In this document: one piece after another, positions 26,543 through 35,649 of the stretch
How the letters are laid out: each line of letters begins with the position of its first letter
Position numbering within the stretch: the stretch's first letter is position 1
Assembly: GCA_045127685.1 (NCBI GenBank)
Contig: JBGVQP010000043.1
Span: forward strand, 242-64,241
Reading direction: 5' to 3'
Source of the DNA: Candidatus Cryptobacteroides sp.
Lineage (GTDB): Bacteria > Bacteroidota > Bacteroidia > Bacteroidales > UBA932
Length of the DNA: 64,000 nt
Program-made: the position numbers and the translations under genes
The notes under the pieces: generated by a model
Database searches by the model: none
What the model saw: only the letters and a program-made list of their open reading frames with translations
Told to the model about the DNA's origin: nothing

Positions 26543-27499
26543 CTACTGTTTTGCAATATTTTCGCGCATTTCGGTGTCCGCCTGGATGTTTTTCATCTTA
26601 TAGTAGTCCATGATACCGAGATTGCCGCTGCGGAATGCCTCTGCCATTGCAAGAGGAACTTCCGCTTCTGCTTCGATAACACGTGCCCTTGCCTCCTGCG
26701 CCTTTGCCCTCATTTCCTGCTCAAGTGCAACTGCCATGGCACGACGCTCTTCTGCGCGGGCCTGAGCAATGTTCTTGTCAGCCTCGGCCTGGTCCATCTG
26801 GAGGACAGCTCCGATGTTCTTTCCTATATCAATGTCAGCGATATCGATAGAGAGAATCTCAAAGGCAGTGCCTGCATCAAGACCCTTTTCCAAAACCACC
26901 TTGGAAATGCTGTCCGGGTTCTCAAGAACGGATTTATGGCTTTCAGCAGAACCGATAGATGATACGATACCCTCACCTACTCGCGCAAGAACAGTTTCCT
27001 CTCCTGCACCTCCGACCAGCTGCTTGATGCTTGCACGCACTGTCACTCGAGCCTTTGCTATAAGCTGGATACCATCCTTTGCCACGGCAGTTACTGGCGG
27101 AGTGTTGATAACCTTCGGATTTACAGACATCTGTACCGCCTCAAACACATCTCTTCCGGCAAGATCAATCGCAGCCGCCATCTTGAAATCAAGGGAAATA
27201 TTCGCCTTGTCTGCTGAAATAAGCGCATTCACCACCTTCGGAACGTTTCCTTTTGCAAGGTAATGTGCCTCCAGTTCATTCGCATACAGCTTAAGACCCG
27301 CCTTTGTGCCGGTAACCATCGCCATCACGATAATGTTGGGAGATACTCCCCTCCAACGCATCAGCACGAGCTGTATGAGAGAAATGCGTACTCCAGAAAT
27401 CAAAGCCTGGAACCATAGGGTTACAGGAAAAAACCAAAGGAAGATGATCAGACCTACTATCGCAGCGCCTGACCAGATAATAATTGAAAGTTCCTCCAT
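26543..27499 (-). CDS. floA: flotillin-like protein FloA (SPFH domain, UPF0365)
   Basis: Near-colinear similarity to remembered B. subtilis FloA/YqfA: [84 protein letters not shown]. Confidence 0.93.
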   Translation of the reverse strand: MEELSIIIWSGAAIVGLIIFLWFFPVTLWFQALISGVRISLIQLVLMRWRGVSPNIIVMAMVTGTKAGLKLYANELEAHYLAKGNVPKVVNALISADKANISLDFKMAAAIDLAGRDVFEAVQMSVNPKVINTPPVTAVAKDGIQLIAKARVTVRASIKQLVGGAGEETVLARVGEGIVSSIGSAESHKSVLENPDSISKVVLEKGLDAGTAFEILSIDIADIDIGKNIGAVLQMDQAEADKNIAQARAEERRAMAVALEQEMRAKAQEARARVIEAEAEVPLAMAEAFRSGNLGIMDYYKMKNIQADTEMRENIAKQ

Positions 27500-27501
27500 A
27501 A

Positions 27502-27960
27502 CTATATCTGTTTTACATATATTTTACCGTCTTCGATCAAGACCACCTCTACCTCTGCACCGGAATCAATCATCCCCTCGAACGCTCTCGCCTCAACCTT
27601 TCCCGCATCAAAACGTGCAGTACCGGATGGAGCCAGTCTTGTCATCGCCTTTCCCTTGTCGCCGACACAAACCAACGCAGCATCATCAGCAACCGCTTTG
27701 GATTCGATATTTGTGTGAAGAGAGAGCTTCTTCCAGGTATTGGCCCTGAATGCGACGATGGTCATTGTAACAAGAATTGCGAGATTTATAGCAGTCACAA
27801 CAATTCCAGCGACTGTTCCATACTCCGAAAAAGCGAGATAACTTGAGCCGCTGATGGACAAGATTCCCAAAATGCCGGCCACTCCGATTCCCGGAACAAG
27901 AAAAATCTCGGTAAGAATAAGGATCAACCCGATTATCATAAGTGTAATGATCAGTCCCAT
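27502..27960 (-). CDS. NfeD-family membrane protein
   Basis: 152 aa. Three TM helices plus a C-terminal OB-like soluble domain. The canonical partner immediately upstream of floA. Confidence 0.8.
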   Translation of the reverse strand: MGLIITLMIIGLILILTEIFLVPGIGVAGILGILSISGSSYLAFSEYGTVAGIVVTAINLAILVTMTIVAFRANTWKKLSLHTNIESKAVADDAALVCVGDKGKAMTRLAPSGTARFDAGKVEARAFEGMIDSGAEVEVVLIEDGKIYVKQI

Positions 27961-27963
27961 ATA

Positions 27964-29847
27964 CTATTGATTAATAATTTCTTCTATTTCCGCAGGTCCA
28001 TACCCCATCGCAGAGACAAATTCAACAAATTCACGTGCCGGTTCCTCTCCCTCAAAAGGTCCGACTATCAACACATCATCTCCCTTGGCTATATCCCTGT
28101 CTCCCGCCTGTTGCTTCAGACTCATAAGAACAACCTGATCCATATCATCACCCGCCTTCACAACCACACGGAACAGTTTCGGTTTTTTCGCCTTGAGTTC
28201 GTTTTCCATATTCCTCACAACCGCAACTTTCTTCTCTACGCCGTCCACCATGGCAACGATGTAGGCACCTCGGAATCCCAATCGCTTGACCGTATTGAGG
28301 TGCGGCAACACATCCTTATATTCGTGGAACAGACCAGCCCTATAGACAAACCTTCCGCCAGGGGTAACCGTTTCAAATACCGGACTGAGGCCTTTGAGGC
28401 TTTTCAGGGTGGTCGGACGATCAGCCGACATAAGCTGGATCTGATACACTATACCAGACATCGTGACAGTATCTCTCAACACTTGGGCTTCCTCAAGCAC
28501 CTTGAACGAATAATCGAACTCCGGCTGGGGAACCTCTATCTTCAAAGACAGACTTTCTCCGAGAACATTCCTGGAAAAAACATAGCCTGTAGGTTCTCCG
28601 ATCACCTCACGCTCCGCCTCAACAAGAAGCTTGTCCGGATCTATTACCACACCGCTGAACAAGAAGTCCATTTCAATTTCCTGCAGCTGCCTGACAGCCT
28701 CATCAAGACGCGACTGGAGTTCAGGAAGTCGCGACTCTCCAGCAAGAATCTGGTCCGTGAGCTTTTCCTTCTGCTCCACACTCTCCACCTGGGCATATTC
28801 TTCTCTGAGATGAGCTATGGACTCCTCACAAGAAGACAGCGTATCACGCAAAGCCCTGACATGGGCCATTTTATCCATATATCTGCGCGTATCCACATTC
28901 TCAGGAATATCTGACTTCACGTCCTCCGCACCACCTACGCTCTCCATACCTGAAGCCAGATCAAGACGGGACAGCCTCATCAGATCCTCAGGGGCCGTCA
29001 TTGCGCTTCTCACAGGAACGCTCTCCTGCTCTATGACATATACATTCACGCTATCGCTGCTGCAATCCCTGTCTGATGCAAACGTCAGATACTTCCCGTC
29101 AGCACTTTCTACCAGCAGAAAATCATTGGACGGGGACGAATAAGGAAAACCCATATTGACCGGTGCCGACCAGTCCCCGGACTCTTCATCCCACCTTGAA
29201 ACATAAATATCAAAACCTCCCACCCCGTACAGTCCTTTGGACGCGAAATATAAGGTCTTTGCATCTTCAGACACCATAGGACATATTTCATCCGACGCAG
29301 ATGTCATATCTTCATTAAGAAGAGACGGGACAGTCCACAGGGAGTCCTTCAGAGAAGTAGTGTAAATGTTTCTGATTCCGTTCTGGTCAGGAGCAGAGAA
29401 ATAGATTGTATGTGATTCCGACGGCACATACATGGCCTTGGAATATGGTCCGACCAAGGTATCCAGCTGGTTTGGAAGCGGCCGCCAACTGCTGTCCCTG
29501 AGCGGATAATAAAGGAAGAAGTCGTCCAAAGAGAACGTGTGACGGGCCACGACCTTCGGAACATACACATAGTCCGACATGCTCTTTCCGTTCTCCGAAA
29601 GCAGAATGCGGTCGCTTACATCGAGGCTGAAAAGAGAGTCTTCCGCAGTTGCTGTCGTGTCCTGCAATGCTGTCAGAGCCGCGTTATAAGCCACCAATGA
29701 TTCCTCAAAACGATAGGCCATCCTCAACGAATCTCCCCTGACGACAAGACTGTCGGCCACGCCCCTCTGCGCGGCAACATTCTCTGTCCCAGCGAAAAAC
29801 GCCGACAAAAAGGTAAGAAACTGTAGAAAAACGACCCTCACGTTCAT
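27964..29847 (-). CDS. secreted protein with TolB-like PD40 repeats and C-terminal SPOR-like domain
   Basis: Signal peptide. Repeated YFSAPD.../LYFASKG...GGFDIYVS/YLTFASDRD motifs (PD40-like). A coiled-coil region. C-terminal VYQIQLMS...YRAGLF...GFRGAYIV is SPOR-like. The stop is 3 nt before the nfeD start. Confidence 0.65.
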   Translation of the reverse strand: MNVRVVFLQFLTFLSAFFAGTENVAAQRGVADSLVVRGDSLRMAYRFEESLVAYNAALTALQDTTATAEDSLFSLDVSDRILLSENGKSMSDYVYVPKVVARHTFSLDDFFLYYPLRDSSWRPLPNQLDTLVGPYSKAMYVPSESHTIYFSAPDQNGIRNIYTTSLKDSLWTVPSLLNEDMTSASDEICPMVSEDAKTLYFASKGLYGVGGFDIYVSRWDEESGDWSAPVNMGFPYSSPSNDFLLVESADGKYLTFASDRDCSSDSVNVYVIEQESVPVRSAMTAPEDLMRLSRLDLASGMESVGGAEDVKSDIPENVDTRRYMDKMAHVRALRDTLSSCEESIAHLREEYAQVESVEQKEKLTDQILAGESRLPELQSRLDEAVRQLQEIEMDFLFSGVVIDPDKLLVEAEREVIGEPTGYVFSRNVLGESLSLKIEVPQPEFDYSFKVLEEAQVLRDTVTMSGIVYQIQLMSADRPTTLKSLKGLSPVFETVTPGGRFVYRAGLFHEYKDVLPHLNTVKRLGFRGAYIVAMVDGVEKKVAVVRNMENELKAKKPKLFRVVVKAGDDMDQVVLMSLKQQAGDRDIAKGDDVLIVGPFEGEEPAREFVEFVSAMGYGPAEIEEIINQ

Positions 29848-29918
29848 TATCTGCTCACTTTTTCAGCCTACAAAAATAAGAATTATTTACAGAATCTTCA
29901 TTTATTAGAAAAAAATCG

Positions 29919-29926
29919 TAAATTTG
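29919..29926 (+). promoter_or_regulatory. -7 box TAAATTTG for secDF
   Basis: taaatttg lies 84 nt upstream of the ATG at 30011. Confidence 0.45.
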
Positions 29927-30010
29927 TGCCCTATTTTGCGTTTGCTGTGACCAGGTATCTTTCCTGACGCAGTTAAATATGAAAATCAAATCATTAAAAC
30001 AATAATTATT

Positions 30011-33010
30011 ATGCAAAGTAAAGGTGCTATTAGATTTGTGGTAATCCTGCTCCTTCTTGCTTCTTTCTGGCAGCTCTCTTTCACTGTGGTTACACAGTAT
30101 CAGGAGAAGAAGGCTGAGAAGATCGGACAGGAGAAGGCAGAGGCCGCAATGCAGACAGCCGCTTATCAGAATCTTTCTGAGGCAGAAGCTCAGACTTACC
30201 TTGAGAACATCAAGGCTGACGCTACCAGAGCGTACATTGACTCTATCTCAGCAGAGAAGATTTATTTCGGCTACACATTCAAGGATGTAAGATCAAAGGC
30301 CATCAACCTCGGTCTTGACCTTAAGGGTGGTATGAACGTTACCCTCCAGGTACAGCTTCAGGATCTCGTGAAGGTTCTTGGCGGAGAGAACGCAGACACA
30401 GAAGAGTTCAAGGCAGCTCTCGCTCTCGCAGAGCAGAGAAGCAAGGACTCACGTCTGGATTTCGTTGCTCTTTTCGCAGAGGCCTGGAAGGAGACTTCAA
30501 ACGGTGCTCCGCTCTCAAAGGCTTTCGGAACATACGATCTCAAGGACAGAATCACCCCTGAGACAAGCGATGATGCTGTCATCGAGGTTATCAGAGCAGA
30601 GGCAGAGAGCGCAGTTGCAAACTCTTTCAATGTCCTCAGAAGCCGTATCGACCGTTTCGGTGTGACTCAGCCTAACATCCAGAAACTTGCCAACGGACGC
30701 ATCCTCATCGAGCTTCCGGGCGTCAAGGAGCCACAGCGTGTGAAAGACCTCCTTCAGGGAACAGCGGCTCTCGAGTTCTGGGCAACATACAACAGCGAGG
30801 ATATCGTAGAGTACATCCTCGAGGCTGACAAGAAGCTTGCTGAGATGAATGAAGCTGTCGCACAGCCAACGGCAGCAGAGACTGACTCTCTTCTCGCATC
30901 ACTCAACTCTGATGCAAAGGCAGAGGCAGAGCATCCGCTCCTTTCAAAGCTCATGCTTTCAGAGGCAAGAGGAAACGCTTGCGTAGGTTGGGCACTCCGT
31001 TCAGATATGGACAAGATCAACGCTATGCTGAACAAGCCAGAGGTAAAGAACCTCTTCCCTATGGACCTGCAGTTGATGTGGACTGTCAAGGAGTCTCAGA
31101 TGATCCCTGGCGACACTCACTTCGAGCTCGTTGCAATCAAGGGTGAGACAGCTCCGCTTGACGGAGACGCAGTAAGCGATGCACGCGTAAACTTCGGCAA
31201 TGCCGGCGGTAACCCGGAGGTATCTATGACCATGAATGCTGAAGGTGCAAGAACATGGGCAAGACTTACCAAGGACAACATCGGAAAGCAGGTTGCAATC
31301 GTACTCGACGGAATGGTTTATTCATATCCTACAGTTCAGAGCGCAATCGAAGGCGGTAGCTCACAGATTACAGGTAACTTCACACTTGAAGAGGCAGAAG
31401 ACCTCGCGAACGTACTCAAGTCAGGTAAGCTTCCTGCTCCTGCAAAGATCATCGACGAGCACGTTGTTGGACCATCACTCGGTGCTGAGTCTATCAACGC
31501 AGGTCTCATCTCATTCGTGATCGCATTCGTACTCGTACTTATATATATGGTACTCTTCTATCAGGGTGCAGGTCTCGCAGCAAATGTTGCACTTCTGTGC
31601 AACGTTGTGCTTCTGTTCGGAACCCTCGTTTCATTCGGAGCGGTCCTCACACTCCCTGGTATCGCAGGTCTCGTCCTGACCCTCGGTATGGCAGTTGACG
31701 CCAACGTGATCATCTACGAGCGTGTAAAGGAAGAACTCCGTGCAGGCAAGGGTCTGAGCAAGGCAATCGCTGACGGTTACTCTAACGCATACTCTGCAAT
31801 CATCGACGGTCAGATCACTACCCTCCTTACCGGTATCGTGCTCTTCCTCTTCGGTTCAGGTCCTGTACAGGGATTCGCGACTACCCTTATCATCGGTATC
31901 GTGACATCTGTATTCACATCGATCTTCGTTACAAGACTCCTTTTTGATGACAGAGTTTCAAAGGGCAAGAACGTTACATTCGACAACAAGTTTACAAGAA
32001 ACTTCCTCCAGAATACACATGTTGACTTCCTCGGCAAGAAGAAGATCGCATACATCGTTTCAGGACTCCTTATCGTCGCTTCATTCGTATCAATCTTCAC
32101 AAAGGGATTCACATACGGTGTTGACTTCACAGGTGGTCGTACTTATGTTGTAAGATTTGACGCTCCTGTAACAGCAGAGGATGTACGTACCGCGGTTAAC
32201 GACGCATTCGCAGTTGCAGTTGCTAACGACACAACCGTTACCACAAACGCATCTGCCGAGGTCAAGCAGTTCGGTAGCGACAACCAGATGAAGATCACTA
32301 CAACTTACAAGGTTGACCAGGAGTCTACAGATGTTGATGAGGAAGTTACTGTTATCCTCTATGATGCTCTCAAGGGCATGTTTGCAGAGGAGAACTACAC
32401 ATTCGATGACTTCAAGAATACTCAGGAGAATCCATTCGGAATCATCAGCTCCGACAAAGTGGGTCCTACCATCGCCAACGACATCACAAGATCTGCATTC
32501 ATCGCAGTCATCCTTGCCCTGATCGTTATATTCGGTTACATCGCATTCCGTTTCCGCGGATGGACTTGGGGACTCGGTGGCGTAGTCGGTCTTGCACACA
32601 CAGCGATCATCGTGATCGGATTCTTCTCGATCTTCTCAGGCATCCTTCCATTCAGCCTTGATATCGACCAGACATTCATCGCGGCCATCCTTACTATCAT
32701 CGGTTACGCAATCAACGATACAGTGGTTATCTTCGACCGTATCCGTGAGTACAAGGAACTGCACCCTAAGGCTGACTTCAAGAAGAACGTGAACGAGGCT
32801 CTCAACAGCACTCTCTCACGTACAATGAACACTTCACTCACTACACTCATCACCATGCTTGCAATCGCAATCTTCGGTGGCGAGGTGATCAGAGGTCTTG
32901 CAGTAGCATTGATCGTCGGTATCATCGTCGGTACCTACGCTTCAATCTTCATTGCAACCCCTATCATGTTCGATGTGACCAAGAAGACAGCAAAGAAGGA
33001 AGAGAAATAA
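30011..33010 (+). CDS. secDF: protein translocase subunit SecDF (fused)
   Basis: 999 aa. SecD periplasmic domain (LGLDLKGGMNVTLQV) followed by two 6-TM bundles. The SecF half has GVDFTGGRTY. Confidence 0.93.
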   Translation: MQSKGAIRFVVILLLLASFWQLSFTVVTQYQEKKAEKIGQEKAEAAMQTAAYQNLSEAEAQTYLENIKADATRAYIDSISAEKIYFGYTFKDVRSKAINLGLDLKGGMNVTLQVQLQDLVKVLGGENADTEEFKAALALAEQRSKDSRLDFVALFAEAWKETSNGAPLSKAFGTYDLKDRITPETSDDAVIEVIRAEAESAVANSFNVLRSRIDRFGVTQPNIQKLANGRILIELPGVKEPQRVKDLLQGTAALEFWATYNSEDIVEYILEADKKLAEMNEAVAQPTAAETDSLLASLNSDAKAEAEHPLLSKLMLSEARGNACVGWALRSDMDKINAMLNKPEVKNLFPMDLQLMWTVKESQMIPGDTHFELVAIKGETAPLDGDAVSDARVNFGNAGGNPEVSMTMNAEGARTWARLTKDNIGKQVAIVLDGMVYSYPTVQSAIEGGSSQITGNFTLEEAEDLANVLKSGKLPAPAKIIDEHVVGPSLGAESINAGLISFVIAFVLVLIYMVLFYQGAGLAANVALLCNVVLLFGTLVSFGAVLTLPGIAGLVLTLGMAVDANVIIYERVKEELRAGKGLSKAIADGYSNAYSAIIDGQITTLLTGIVLFLFGSGPVQGFATTLIIGIVTSVFTSIFVTRLLFDDRVSKGKNVTFDNKFTRNFLQNTHVDFLGKKKIAYIVSGLLIVASFVSIFTKGFTYGVDFTGGRTYVVRFDAPVTAEDVRTAVNDAFAVAVANDTTVTTNASAEVKQFGSDNQMKITTTYKVDQESTDVDEEVTVILYDALKGMFAEENYTFDDFKNTQENPFGIISSDKVGPTIANDITRSAFIAVILALIVIFGYIAFRFRGWTWGLGGVVGLAHTAIIVIGFFSIFSGILPFSLDIDQTFIAAILTIIGYAINDTVVIFDRIREYKELHPKADFKKNVNEALNSTLSRTMNTSLTTLITMLAIAIFGGEVIRGLAVALIVGIIVGTYASIFIATPIMFDVTKKTAKKEEK

Positions 33011-33027
33011 TCTCTGACATATTAAGT

Positions 33028-33066
33028 AAAACGGCGTTCTGATTGTTCAGAGCGCCGTTTTTGTTT
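33028..33066 (+). terminator. rho-independent terminator of secDF
   Basis: 15-bp stem aaaacggcgttctga / tcagagcgccgtttt (one G-U pair), loop ttgt, then a T-rich tail. Confidence 0.8.
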
Positions 33067-33105
33067 CGGTTCAAATCACATTGTTGCCTGCCTCTGCAAA
33101 ATCGA

Positions 33106-33957
33106 TTACAAGTCGGGGTAACAGATTTCCAGAACCTTGTCTGCGTACCGTTCTCCTAAAAGAAGCTGTCCGTCCCTGCTGAAATGCGGATCATCATTAG
33201 CTGGACTGACGCAGGTGCAGCCTTCGGATGAGACATAATCGGAGTTCGGGACCTTGAAATATATCTGCTGGAGCATCTTGTTGAATGCTGTAGAATATAC
33301 CCTCCACTGTGGAAGTTCACCTGCGATGAAAACAGCCTCAACGGCTCCTGTACCTGTACGCAATGCCGCAGCGACCTTGGACAATTGCGAAAGATAAACA
33401 TCTATGTCGCTCTGTTTATATGAATCATGACATCCCTGATGCCATAAAATAGCCTTAAGCTTACCTCCCAGTGCCAATGCCTGATTGGTTCGTTGGATGG
33501 CGGCATTCAGATAACCTGTCTGCGCATCGGGCAACCACTCTGAAATAGCAGTCTCAGCTCGTGCATTCACCACCAGCAGAATCTTTCTTCCGGTAACTTT
33601 CGCCACCTTCTTTGAGAAACTGAATCCCGGACCGATCTGCTGCAGGGAAACATCCTTTCCTACCGTAGAATACTGATTGAGCGGGTTAGTTGCCGGCACA
33701 GCCTTTCCTTGCTTATCCAGCAGGAAAACCTTGTCACTGAAAACCTCCTTGTCTCCATCTATCATAGGTCCGCGCCCTGCCATGTTGGACTGACCGATAA
33801 GAAGAAATATGTCATAACCTTCGTCATCTGGTCCTGAAGGTTGTGAAGGGACATTCGGCTGATCTGTTGAAGAATTGTCACCGGAAGCGGCCTGATCCAT
33901 CTGGGAACAGGAAAGCAATACCGCAAACAGTGAAATCAAAAGAAATATTCTGCGCAT
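33106..33957 (-). CDS. SGNH-type carbohydrate acetylesterase (sialate O-acetylesterase/CE6-like, DUF303)
   Basis: ORF trimmed to the ATG at 33957. Lipoprotein-like signal LLSC and the catalytic block FLLIGQSNMAGRG. Confidence 0.75.
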   Translation of the reverse strand: MRRIFLLISLFAVLLSCSQMDQAASGDNSSTDQPNVPSQPSGPDDEGYDIFLLIGQSNMAGRGPMIDGDKEVFSDKVFLLDKQGKAVPATNPLNQYSTVGKDVSLQQIGPGFSFSKKVAKVTGRKILLVVNARAETAISEWLPDAQTGYLNAAIQRTNQALALGGKLKAILWHQGCHDSYKQSDIDVYLSQLSKVAAALRTGTGAVEAVFIAGELPQWRVYSTAFNKMLQQIYFKVPNSDYVSSEGCTCVSPANDDPHFSRDGQLLLGERYADKVLEICYPDL

Positions 33958-34044
33958 AACTATAGGGTTTGAAGACAAACATACAAAAAAATTGGTCCGG
34001 ATATTGAAATCTTCACAAAAACAACATCAAACCAAATTGAAGAT

Positions 34045-34206
34045 ATGGACAGATATGTATGCATTCTCTGCGGATACGTTTACGATCCGGCAGAAGGGGA
34101 TCCGGAAGGCGGCATCCCGGCAGGAACACCATTTGAAGAACTCCCTGAAGACTGGGTATGTCCAGCCTGTGGAGTAGGAAAGGAATACTTTGAAAAGGAA
34201 CACTGA
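34045..34206 (+). CDS. rubredoxin
   Basis: Not in the ORF track (53 aa). My translation is [53 protein letters not shown], with both CxxCG knuckles and the conserved DP/W/F residues. Confidence 0.9.
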   Translation: MDRYVCILCGYVYDPAEGDPEGGIPAGTPFEELPEDWVCPACGVGKEYFEKEH

Positions 34207-34369
34207 CTCATGAAAACATAAAAAAGAGAAAAACATAAAATAAAGAAATTAATTTTCGGTCTGAGCCGGCAAACCATTGCATTTGCTCTTGACAATTGGG
34301 AACTTTACAGGAGGAGGACAGCGGACGGCAGCCATGAATATTTTCATTAACCTTTTAAATGTAATATTT

Positions 34370-35176
34370 ATGGCTAAAATTCAAGTAAAAGAGTCTGAGA
34401 TAACAGTCCTCAGCATCAATGAAAATGATTACATTTCATTGACAGACATCGCAAAACACAAGAGCGATGATCCATTTATCGTCATTAACAACTGGATGCG
34501 TAATCGCAACACTATCGAATACCTTGGAATGTGGGAGACTATTTTCAATCCAGATTTTAAACCTATCGAATTCGATAGGTTTAAAAGGGACGCAGGTCTC
34601 AATGCATTCACCTTGTCTCCACAGAAATGGGTAACCGCCACAGGTGCAATCGGCATTATAACACGTTCAGGACGCTATGGAGGCACATTCGCACATAAGG
34701 ATATAGCCTTCAAGTTCGCAAGTTGGATTTCAGTGGAGTTTGAATTATATATGGTAAAGGAATTCCAGCGCCTAAAGGAACAGGAACAATCGCAAATCGG
34801 ATGGACCGCCAAACGCGAACTTGCTAAAATCAACTACCACATCCACACCAGTGCAGTCTGCCGACACCTCATTCCTCAAAAAGTCACTGCCGAGCAGACC
34901 CACCTCATATATGCGTCCGAGGCCGACGTACTCAATGTCGCCCTGTTCGGAATGACTGCAAAACAATGGCGTGACAGCAACCCGGACCTCGATGGGAATA
35001 TCCGGGACCATGCATCCATCAACCAGCTCATCTGCCTGTCCAATTTGGAAAGCATGAACTCTGTGCTGATTGAAAGCGGACTTGCCCAACATGACCGCCT
35101 CATTAAGTTGAACGAAATGGCCATACACCAAATGGAGATTCTATCGAGCAACGGGAAAAGGGAACTTTTGAAATAG
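34370..35176 (+). CDS. KilA-N domain-containing DNA-binding protein
   Basis: ORF trimmed to the ATG at 34370. MAKIQVKESEITVLSINENDYISLTDIAKHK...GRYGGTFAHKDIAFKFASWIS matches the common Bacteroides KilA-N family. Confidence 0.75.
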   Translation: MAKIQVKESEITVLSINENDYISLTDIAKHKSDDPFIVINNWMRNRNTIEYLGMWETIFNPDFKPIEFDRFKRDAGLNAFTLSPQKWVTATGAIGIITRSGRYGGTFAHKDIAFKFASWISVEFELYMVKEFQRLKEQEQSQIGWTAKRELAKINYHIHTSAVCRHLIPQKVTAEQTHLIYASEADVLNVALFGMTAKQWRDSNPDLDGNIRDHASINQLICLSNLESMNSVLIESGLAQHDRLIKLNEMAIHQMEILSSNGKRELLK

Positions 35177-35270
35177 AGCGACATCTAGATGACCACGAAA
35201 AGGAAATCGACTTCTTTGTCCGCACTTCCCTACCGCCGGTAGAAGGTGTCTCCGTACATATTGCCTCCTT

Positions 35271-35404
35271 CCGTCCATGAAAAGGGACGATTTCGTGGAC
35301 GGAGGGCGGTTTTCAGGATTCCGTCCACAGAAACAGGGATTTTCATGGATGGAGGCACAATTTCATGCTGTCCGTCCATGAAAATGCGGGTTTTCGTGGA
35401 CAGG
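35271..35404. repeat. Array of 3 hairpin repeats of the same family as 3714..4152
   Basis: Units at 35271..35302, 35321..35352 and 35372..35404, for example ccgtccatgaaaagggacgatttcgtggacgg. Spacing is 50-51 bp, and the spacer agggcggttttcaggatt is related to agggcagattttgaaggtc in the first array. Confidence 0.9.
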
Positions 35405-35542
35405 TCGGGAGTCAGTGCTTCGGTCTTCTGTAATTTTGGGCGTTTTCGTAGCCTATGGCATGTTGATAACTTTTTCGTATTGATTACCAAAGGGTTGGGC
35501 AAAACGGTGGATTATTATTTTGATAGGTATACAAAGAATATT

Positions 35543-35550
35543 TATCTTTG
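35543..35550 (+). promoter_or_regulatory. -7 box TATCTTTG for dnaE
   Basis: tatctttg lies 99 nt upstream of the dnaE ATG and downstream of the hairpin array. Confidence 0.45.
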
Positions 35551-35649
35551 TCATCCCTCTGAAACGTCCGGCCGCACTGCGGCAAAAGGACCGTTCAAAG
35601 GTAAACAGAGAACATCGGCAAACCGTACCCCTAATACCCGCAAAGCACT

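Noticed and set aside
26441-26962. 173-aa plus-strand ORF spanning the tRNA/floA intergenic region and the 3' end of floA
   Set aside because: It runs antisense to the highly conserved floA, crosses the floA terminator hairpin, and is Cys/Phe/Leu-rich, an antisense-type composition.
27967-28914. 315-aa plus-strand ORF antisense to the PD40/SPOR gene
   Set aside because: The R/H/L/F-rich, low-complexity composition is typical of the reverse frame of a real gene. The minus-strand ORF has a signal peptide, recognisable repeats and operon packing. The same reasoning applies to the antisense ORFs at 7597..8334, 9743..10210, 11546..12231, 42071..42742, 46064..46552, 50835..51371 and 52629..53360.
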